Source: Methanobacteriota archaeon
Lineage (GTDB): Archaea; Thermoplasmatota; Thermoplasmata; SG8-5; JAGLSY01
Direction: 5' to 3'
Assembly: GCA_020697715.1 (NCBI GenBank)
Contig: JAEHCO010000009.1
Span: forward strand, 1-32,542
Length of the DNA stretch: 32,542 bases
Under the pieces are notes generated by a model that did no database searches, was not told the origin of the DNA, and was given only the letters and a program-made list of their open reading frames with translations. Every line of letters starts with the position of its first letter. Positions within the stretch are counted from its first letter, which is position 1. Made by a program: the position numbers and the translations under genes. Below, piece after piece: positions 26,306 to 32,542 of this stretch.

Positions 26306-26373
26306 CATGGAACACCCTCAATTCATAATCATAGCAAAATATATTCTAATTAAATCTATACGGGTGTTCCATG
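26306..26373 (+). promoter_or_regulatory. perfect 12-bp inverted repeat whose right arm is the rpiA RBS plus start codon
   Basis: CATGGAACACCC (26306-26317) is the exact reverse complement of GGGTGTTCCATG (26362-26373). Confidence 0.45.
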
Positions 26374-27060
26374 ACACTCACCCCCGAACAAGCCAAAAAG
26401 CTCGTTGGAGAGAAAGCAGCTGAATTCGTCAAGGACGGAATGATAGTCGGTCTGGGCACTGGCTCTACCGCGTATTACACCATTAACAAGTTAGGCGAGA
26501 TGGTCGCTGATGGCCTCGATATCAAAGCCATTCCAACTTCCAAGGCCTCGGAGAAACAGGCGATCGAAGTGGGAATCCCCCTGGTCGGTCTCGAGTTCCA
26601 CCCGGTCATCGATATCACGATAGACGGAGCGGATGAGATAGATCCAGACCTTAATTTGATAAAAGGTCTGGGTGGCGCACTCCTTCGTGAAAAGATAGTT
26701 GCCGCGGTGTCAAAGCAAGAGATAATCATCGCGGACGAGCGAAAACTTGTTCCGCATCTTGGAACAAGGTCTCCATTGCCAGTGGAGATAATACCATTCG
26801 GATTGGAGGTCTGTCTTACAAAATTGAAGCCAATGTGCAAGGATCTCAAAATGCGCATGGTTGACACAATGCCTTTTGTCACTGATAATGGAAATTACAT
26901 ACTGGATATGTATTTCGATAAAATAGACGACCCAGTTAAACTTGAGACCAGTCTGAATAACATACCTGGCGTCGTGGAGAACGGCCTGTTCATAGGCTTA
27001 GCTACATCAGCAATTGTCGAGTCCGAGGGTAGTATCAAAATATTGCAAAGACCTACTTGA
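26371..27060 (+). CDS. rpiA: ribose-5-phosphate isomerase A
   Basis: VGLGTGSTA, IDGADEID, IKGLGGALLREKIVA, LPVEIIP, TDNGNYILD, IPGVVENGLF. Confidence 0.97.
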   Translation: MTLTPEQAKKLVGEKAAEFVKDGMIVGLGTGSTAYYTINKLGEMVADGLDIKAIPTSKASEKQAIEVGIPLVGLEFHPVIDITIDGADEIDPDLNLIKGLGGALLREKIVAAVSKQEIIIADERKLVPHLGTRSPLPVEIIPFGLEVCLTKLKPMCKDLKMRMVDTMPFVTDNGNYILDMYFDKIDDPVKLETSLNNIPGVVENGLFIGLATSAIVESEGSIKILQRPT

Positions 27061-27421
27061 CAAGCTTCTTCAGTTTGTCCATATTGGTCTTGATATCTTT
27101 GATCTTCTTCTCTTCTTCTTTATCTATTGCCTCAATAATCTTCGTGAACGGCATCGCCAGAATATAGGCGTGTACCGGCCTCCCCTTGCCTTCCTTTTTG
27201 ATGTCGCGCTTCTTAACCCATTTCTTGACACGCAGATCCTGCATGACTATGGAAACCTCTGGTTGCCTGAGAGCGGTGATGCCCTCTATGACGACCGATA
27301 TGGTCTCTTTGCCCTCAGACAGTACGACGAGGGTCTTAGCCATGTTTTTGGACATGCCAGTCTGAACCAAATGGTTAATGATGGCTTCATCCTTTTTTGT
27401 TAAAGCTGTTTTGGCGCTCAA
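27053..27421 (-). CDS. archaeal winged-helix transcriptional regulator
   Basis: GMSKNMAKTL, IEGITALRQPEVSIVMQDL..KKWV, KEGKGRPVHAY, C-terminal coiled coil; TTG start with GGTGGTG RBS. Confidence 0.85.
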   Translation of the reverse strand: MSAKTALTKKDEAIINHLVQTGMSKNMAKTLVVLSEGKETISVVIEGITALRQPEVSIVMQDLRVKKWVKKRDIKKEGKGRPVHAYILAMPFTKIIEAIDKEEEKKIKDIKTNMDKLKKLVK

Positions 27422-27671
27422 TTTAATACACCACCGCTTATATTTAATTATAGGTATATATTAGTTTCTATTTCTTTATTTGTATTTCTATTAATAAATT
27501 ATAGGATCTATATTCTAATCACTGGCTATTGAATAAAATTATTAAAATAACCGAAAATTATATAAATGTTTAGTTTGACATTTTTTATTATATGTATAAA
27601 TAGATTATATTTATCATCCTTTTCATATATACGGAAATATATTAGTATTCAAAGGCATATAATCAAAACGA
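27422..27671. promoter_or_regulatory. very AT-rich divergent promoter region
   Basis: 250 nt with several TATA-like boxes; repeated AATTATAGG (27446, 27497) and ATATATTAGT (27456, 27637). Confidence 0.55.
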
Positions 27672-28115
27672 ATGGTTTCCGAAGAAAAAAAAGATGAAAG
27701 GAAATGGGTCGGGGTGAGGATCTCAAAGGCGATGATGCATCAGGTCACGGAGCTTATCGAACGTCATCCAGAACTTGCTTATAGCACACCCAATGATTTC
27801 ATAAGAGATGCCACCCGAAGGCGTATAGAATCCGTTTTCGAGAGGGAAATGGTGGCAAGAGCCAATATCAATACACTTCCAGAGAGGGTGGAGTCCATCA
27901 TCGAGGATGCTGTTGGTGAAGGCCTGGCGAAGGATCTGGAACATGAACTGGAGCTTCTCTTGAAGAAAGTAGACCCTAAGACGGACCCTGATGGATTCAT
28001 GAGGGGTGTCAAGAAGATACTTTCATCGACCTTTGGACCTACAATGGCAGAGAGCATAGCCAGTAGGATAATCCAGGAAAGCAATGGGGAACCGGACGGG
28101 GGTAGTGAAGTATGA
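27672..28115 (+). CDS. ribbon-helix-helix DNA-binding protein with C-terminal helical domain (DUF3227/NitrOD5-like, tentative)
   Basis: WVGVRISKAMMHQVTELIE..PELAYSTPNDFIRDATRRRIE is an archaeal RHH pattern; C-terminal PDGFMRGVKKILSSTFGPTMAESIASRII. Confidence 0.65.
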   Translation: MVSEEKKDERKWVGVRISKAMMHQVTELIERHPELAYSTPNDFIRDATRRRIESVFEREMVARANINTLPERVESIIEDAVGEGLAKDLEHELELLLKKVDPKTDPDGFMRGVKKILSSTFGPTMAESIASRIIQESNGEPDGGSEV

Positions 28116-29581
28116 AGATAAGGACAGGAATAGATGGATTGGACGAGATCACCAAGGGGGGTTTGGTGGAAAATTCCATTGTTCTTTTGAGTGGATGCGG
28201 GGGTGCTGGCAAAACAATTCTGGCATCTCAGTTCCTGGTGAACAATGCGGCCGAGACAGGTGAGAAAGGTTTGTTCATAACCATGGAGGAGGGTAGATCC
28301 AATATCATCAACTCTCTACCAGGCGGATTGAAGAAGACCCTGGATCAGAATGAGGACAAGGTATGGTTCCTTGATCTTTCGACCATAAGGCAATTATCAT
28401 CTCCAGATGCGAATAAGGATGATATTGCATCCAGTGTGCTGAATGTGGAGATAATATTGGAGATAATAGAGACCTGGGTGGAAGAGAAAGGCATCCAGCG
28501 GCTTGTGCTGGATGGTATCGCTTCTTTCGGTCTGCTGTATGAGAAAAGCACGGAGTTCAGGAATGCGCTTTTTAGGATAGTGGCAAAGCTCAAGGCATTA
28601 CATATCACGACCATAATCACGACCGAGATAAATGATCAAGACAGATTATCTCGATTGGGAGTTGAGGAATTCGTCACGGATGCCATAATCAGGATAACCC
28701 ATGTCAGCGGAAGACGATATGTGGAGGTTCTGAAGATGAGAGGCAGTGACTTCATCTCGGGTAGGCATTCCTGTGAGATAACGAATGATGGAGCCCGTGT
28801 GTTCCCCATCCTGAAGCCTGGCATGGACATACCCAAGACCGATACCCGGATAAGTACAGGCATTTCGGGTTTGAACAATATGACCGATGGTGGCTTCTTC
28901 AAAGGGGACGCTATCCTTGTCAGTGGAAGTGCTGGAACTGGTAAGACCACCATGGCCCTTCAGTTCATAGATGAGGCTGCCAGGAATGGCAAGAAGTCCA
29001 TATACATCGGATTTGAAGAGAATCCGATGGAGCTTAAACGTAATGCTGCAGGATTCGGAATAGATCTGGAAGGATATGAGAAAAAAGGTCTTGTTCAGAT
29101 ATTATACAATATCCCCAGCCAGCTGGACCCGAATAAGCACGGGCAGGAGATCGCCAGATCTCTGGAGGGAGTTGAAAGGGTGGTCATTGATACAATATCA
29201 GACTATGATATCGTATGCCAGGAATCTGGTCTCAAGAACTTCCTGAACAATCTTGTGATCCTTTTCAAAAATCACAATATCACATCTTTGATGACCGTGG
29301 AGACCGATGAACTAATGGGTATCACCACCCTCTCCAATCAGGGAGCGTCGAACATCGTCGATGGCATAATCATGCTGAGGTATGTGGAGATAGGTTCGGA
29401 AATGAAGAAGGCCATGAACATCCTGAAGTTGAGAGGTGCGAAGCACAAACAGGAGATCAAGGAATATGAGATCACCTCAAAGGGAATAGTTATCGAGGAC
29501 AAGTTCGTGGGAATGGAAGGTGTTCTAACTGGCTCTCCAAGAAAATCCATAACCGACAGGGTGGAGAAGTTCTTCGATTAA
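28112..29581 (+). CDS. kaiC: double-domain KaiC-family ATPase
   Basis: Two RecA-like domains: GCGGAGKT/ITMEE/GVEEFVTD/KMRG and GSAGTGKT/IGFEE/ASNIVDGII/KLRG; C-terminal LRYVEIGSEM...GVLTGSP; ATGA overlap with the RHH gene. Confidence 0.9.
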   Translation: MKIRTGIDGLDEITKGGLVENSIVLLSGCGGAGKTILASQFLVNNAAETGEKGLFITMEEGRSNIINSLPGGLKKTLDQNEDKVWFLDLSTIRQLSSPDANKDDIASSVLNVEIILEIIETWVEEKGIQRLVLDGIASFGLLYEKSTEFRNALFRIVAKLKALHITTIITTEINDQDRLSRLGVEEFVTDAIIRITHVSGRRYVEVLKMRGSDFISGRHSCEITNDGARVFPILKPGMDIPKTDTRISTGISGLNNMTDGGFFKGDAILVSGSAGTGKTTMALQFIDEAARNGKKSIYIGFEENPMELKRNAAGFGIDLEGYEKKGLVQILYNIPSQLDPNKHGQEIARSLEGVERVVIDTISDYDIVCQESGLKNFLNNLVILFKNHNITSLMTVETDELMGITTLSNQGASNIVDGIIMLRYVEIGSEMKKAMNILKLRGAKHKQEIKEYEITSKGIVIEDKFVGMEGVLTGSPRKSITDRVEKFFD

Positions 29582-29596
29582 TAGGGAGTTATTCAC

Positions 29597-30874
29597 TTGA
29601 GAACCATGAGATCCATCTTTGAAAAACTAGTTAGCACACCTATAAAGGATCCTTACAGAGCACAGCAGGCTAGATATTTCATGACCATGGTGACAGCCTT
29701 CGCGATCCTTTTTGTAATAGTGATCATCACTTTGATAATACAAAGCCTGATCGATAATCCTGAAGATAATGGGCTTGGATTCTCAATCCTGAATACTTGC
29801 CTTGTATTTTTTTCAGCCCTTGCATCATACCTGCTGGTCAAGAAAGGATATTATAATCAGGGGATCTATGTTTTCCTTATAATCATGATAGTGGGAACCA
29901 CATTTGCCTTGATCAATAGAGGTCTTTCATTCACTATTACTTTGATATATGCCGTTGTGGTCGTTACAGCTGGATTATTGGTGGGTCCCAAGAGTTCCAT
30001 GATATTTGCATCCTTCAGTATAATTTCCTACGCCTATACTTTCAATCATCTTGTGGTATCCAATCAAATAAAACATCCAAATATCTCCGAGATGGCGACC
30101 TACAATTTTTCAGGTCTTATCGCCTCCCTATTGGTTCTAGCCATACTTACATCCATCATATCAAAGGGATTGAGAACACAGGTCAATGAACTTCATAAGA
30201 GCAATAGGGCGAGGGTCAAGGCCATGAACGAGGCCAATAAGGCGCTTAATGAGAAAGAGATACTTCTCAGAGAGATACACCATCGTGTGAAGAACAATCT
30301 CCAGATCATATCCAGTCTTTTAAGCCTGCAATCCACCCAGCATGGGGATGAAAAGACCCACAAGATGTTAATGGACACCCAAAACCGTGTGAAATCCATG
30401 GCCCTCATACATGAGAAACTCTACATGACATCTGATATATCTCATATTGATTTTGATGAATACCTGAAGGTCCTGGTCAATCACATGGCTCTCTCTTATC
30501 TGATCGATCCTGGGTCGGTCAAATTGGAATTGGATATTGACGATATCGTATTGGATGTAGATAATGCGATATCATGTGGTCTAGTGATCAATGAGCTTGT
30601 ATCCAATAGTATGAAATATGCTTTTATTGGAAGATCAGATGGTATTATTGACATATCCATGAAAGTGGATGATCAAAAGGACTTGATGATCCTAATGGTA
30701 TCAGACAATGGAGTTGGAATTCCAAGATCACTGGATATACATAATCTGGAATCTCTTGGCCTTCAGCTTGTAGACACCCTTGTTTGCGAAATGAAGGGTC
30801 ATGTAAGACTTATAAGCAAGGAAGGAACAAAGTTTATTATCACCCTGCCATATGTTAGGAACAGGGGGCTTTAG
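29597..30874 (+). CDS. membrane-bound sensor histidine kinase (HisKA_2 type)
   Basis: About 6 N-terminal TM helices; H-box LLREIHHRVKNNLQIISSLL, ALIHEKLY, N-box NELVSNSMKYAF, VSDNGVG, SLGLQLV. Confidence 0.93.
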   Translation: MRTMRSIFEKLVSTPIKDPYRAQQARYFMTMVTAFAILFVIVIITLIIQSLIDNPEDNGLGFSILNTCLVFFSALASYLLVKKGYYNQGIYVFLIIMIVGTTFALINRGLSFTITLIYAVVVVTAGLLVGPKSSMIFASFSIISYAYTFNHLVVSNQIKHPNISEMATYNFSGLIASLLVLAILTSIISKGLRTQVNELHKSNRARVKAMNEANKALNEKEILLREIHHRVKNNLQIISSLLSLQSTQHGDEKTHKMLMDTQNRVKSMALIHEKLYMTSDISHIDFDEYLKVLVNHMALSYLIDPGSVKLELDIDDIVLDVDNAISCGLVINELVSNSMKYAFIGRSDGIIDISMKVDDQKDLMILMVSDNGVGIPRSLDIHNLESLGLQLVDTLVCEMKGHVRLISKEGTKFIITLPYVRNRGL

Positions 30875-30878
30875 GCAT

Positions 30879-32542
30879 ATGGACAAGGCCAAAAAAAGAA
30901 TAATCATAGTGGAAGACAAGAGCATCGTCTCCCATGATCTCAGGAAGCGACTGGAGGTTCTTGGATATGAGGTTCCAGGCATTGCTGCTTCTGGAGAGAA
31001 GGCCATTGAGCTTGTGAAAGAACATATGCCGGACCTGGTCCTCATGGATATCCAGCTTGAGGGCAAGATGGATGGCATAGAGGCCGCGAATGTCATCAAG
31101 GCCGAATATCATATTCCAGTAATATTTCTCACAGCTTTCAGTGATGAGGACACGCTTAAAAGGGCCATGATCACCGAACCCTATGCTTATATAATCAAAC
31201 CTTTCGAGCCTCGTGAGCTCCAGGTGTCCATTGAGATCGCTCTCTACAAGCACGATATGGAGACAGAATTAGAGGACACCGCTGAGTTCCTGGATATGAT
31301 ATTGGGAAACACCGAAGAGGGTATATTTGTCCTGAATGATGATTTTGAATATGTTTATATCAATGCCGCATCTGGCCGCATGATGGGCCATGATCCCAAG
31401 GAATGGATCGGCAAACGCGCAGGCTCCAATGTGCATCCAGATGATGCCGGTATCGGCCTGGCCGCATTGCAAGTGATGTATGAGAAAGGCAAAGCGGATT
31501 TCGTGGCCAGGATCATGAGATCTGACGGGGTCTACAGAAACCTCCAGATCACTTATTCTTTGATGAATTGGAGAGGCAGTGAGCATGTATTGGGCGTCTC
31601 AAATGATATAACAGAAATGTTGGAAGCTGCCAATAAGGTCCGCGAGAGCGAAGAAAAATACAGAAGCCTGGTCGAGGAGGCTGGGGATGGCATTGTGGTG
31701 ATAGATGGAGATGCTCAGATCACGCTGATCAATGATTATCTTCTGGAATTGGGAGGGTATGAAAGGGAGGAAGTAATGAATATGGAGTTCATGGATTTCA
31801 TTCCTGAAAAATACCTTGCCAGTACAATGGAGATGTTCGAGAAGGCTCTCAATGGCGAGGAGAGCCCATCCTTGGAAATGGAGCTCAAGAAAAAGGATGG
31901 TTCCTCTGTCTCCGTGGGCTACAAGGGCACTGTCATATTCAAAGACGGTGAGTTCCAAGGTATAAGAGCCATAATTAGAGATATCTCTTTAAGAAAACAA
32001 ATGGAGCAGTCCTTAAAGGACAGTGAGGAGCAATACCGCACACTGTATGAATCTTCAGCTGATGCCGTAATGCTTCTTGATGATACAGGATTCATAGATT
32101 GTAATGATGCCACTTTGTATATGTTCGGCCTTGAGAAGAAAGATGAGTTCGTTGGTGTTAGACCATCTCAACTATCTCCACCCACCCAACCGAATGGAGA
32201 GGAATCCACGGTGGCCGCTAATAATAGAATTGTCGATGCTTATGAATGGGGGCATAATAGATTCGAGTGGGTGCACAGGAGGAAATCCGGAGAAGATTTC
32301 CCAGCGGAGGTCTGGCTGACTGCTTTTGAGCTGAAAGGCAAACTCGTACTGCAAGCAACGGTAAGAGACCTTACAGAAAAGAAGAAGATAGAAAATGAGC
32401 TTGAAAGACACAGGGAACACCTTGAAGAGATGGTCGAGGAGACCTACAAGGACCTCAGCGAATCTGAAGAGAAATATAGACTTCTGATAGAGAGGGCGAA
32501 TGATGGGATCGTCATCATCCAGGATGGTCTTGTCAAATATCT
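30879..32542 (+). CDS. REC-PAS-PAS-PAS-PAS... signalling protein, 3'-truncated by the window edge (absent from the ORF track)
   Basis: My translation from ATG 30879: MDKAKKRIIIVED...PDLVLMDIQLEGKMDG...PVIFLTA...YIIKPF, then PAS domains (VHPDD..NDITE; ESEEKYRSLVE..RDIS; SEEQYRTLYE..RDLTE; SEEKYRLLIE...). No stop before the window end. Confidence 0.92.
   Translation, partial: MDKAKKRIIIVEDKSIVSHDLRKRLEVLGYEVPGIAASGEKAIELVKEHMPDLVLMDIQLEGKMDGIEAANVIKAEYHIPVIFLTAFSDEDTLKRAMITEPYAYIIKPFEPRELQVSIEIALYKHDMETELEDTAEFLDMILGNTEEGIFVLNDDFEYVYINAASGRMMGHDPKEWIGKRAGSNVHPDDAGIGLAALQVMYEKGKADFVARIMRSDGVYRNLQITYSLMNWRGSEHVLGVSNDITEMLEAANKVRESEEKYRSLVEEAGDGIVVIDGDAQITLINDYLLELGGYEREEVMNMEFMDFIPEKYLASTMEMFEKALNGEESPSLEMELKKKDGSSVSVGYKGTVIFKDGEFQGIRAIIRDISLRKQMEQSLKDSEEQYRTLYESSADAVMLLDDTGFIDCNDATLYMFGLEKKDEFVGVRPSQLSPPTQPNGEESTVAANNRIVDAYEWGHNRFEWVHRRKSGEDFPAEVWLTAFELKGKLVLQATVRDLTEKKKIENELERHREHLEEMVEETYKDLSESEEKYRLLIERANDGIVIIQDGLVKY

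Noticed and set aside
26014-26328. 104-aa ORF over element B
   Set aside because: GTG start without an RBS, no protein-like features, and no equivalent ORF over copy A in the track; the conservation pattern is structural.
30728-32420. Minus-strand ORFs over the last 1.7 kb
   Set aside because: Shadows of the REC-PAS gene on the + strand, which the track missed because it has no stop within the window.
1-32542. Stop-codon recoding (Sec/Pyl) or programmed frameshifts
   Set aside because: All recognised genes appear full length, with no in-frame stop splitting a domain.

Overview
A gene-dense archaeal chromosomal window. It is probably from an uncultured Thermoplasmatota lineage, inferred from carS, rpo11, archaeal truD and the signalling repertoire. 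Housekeeping genes are slyD, carS, pyrE, rpo11, truD, rpiA, tRNA-Pro(UGG) and tRNA-Val(CAC). Accessory genes are a four-gene ABC-2 export operon, a HAD hydrolase with an AttH/tocopherol-cyclase-like neighbour, a STAND NTPase-TPR protein, a DUF362 Fe-S protein, an APH-like kinase, an ADP-forming acyl-CoA ligase-GNAT fusion and a 1757-aa GLUG/TSP3 surface protein. The window ends in an RHH-KaiC-histidine kinase-REC/PAS signalling operon. The most notable signals are: (1) two diverged copies, 21 kb apart, of a multi-hairpin non-coding element with a colinear 74-nt core and structure-preserving sequence changes; (2) a tRNA-Val with a 35-nt bulge-helix-bulge intron in the T-loop (59/60) and an unusual A53:U61 pair; (3) a longin/roadblock-like domain inserted between Walker A and Walker B of the STAND NTPase; (4) a KaiC very like the clock protein, with no kaiA/kaiB in the window, linked to a two-component pair. 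No CRISPR array, integrase or intact transposase was seen.
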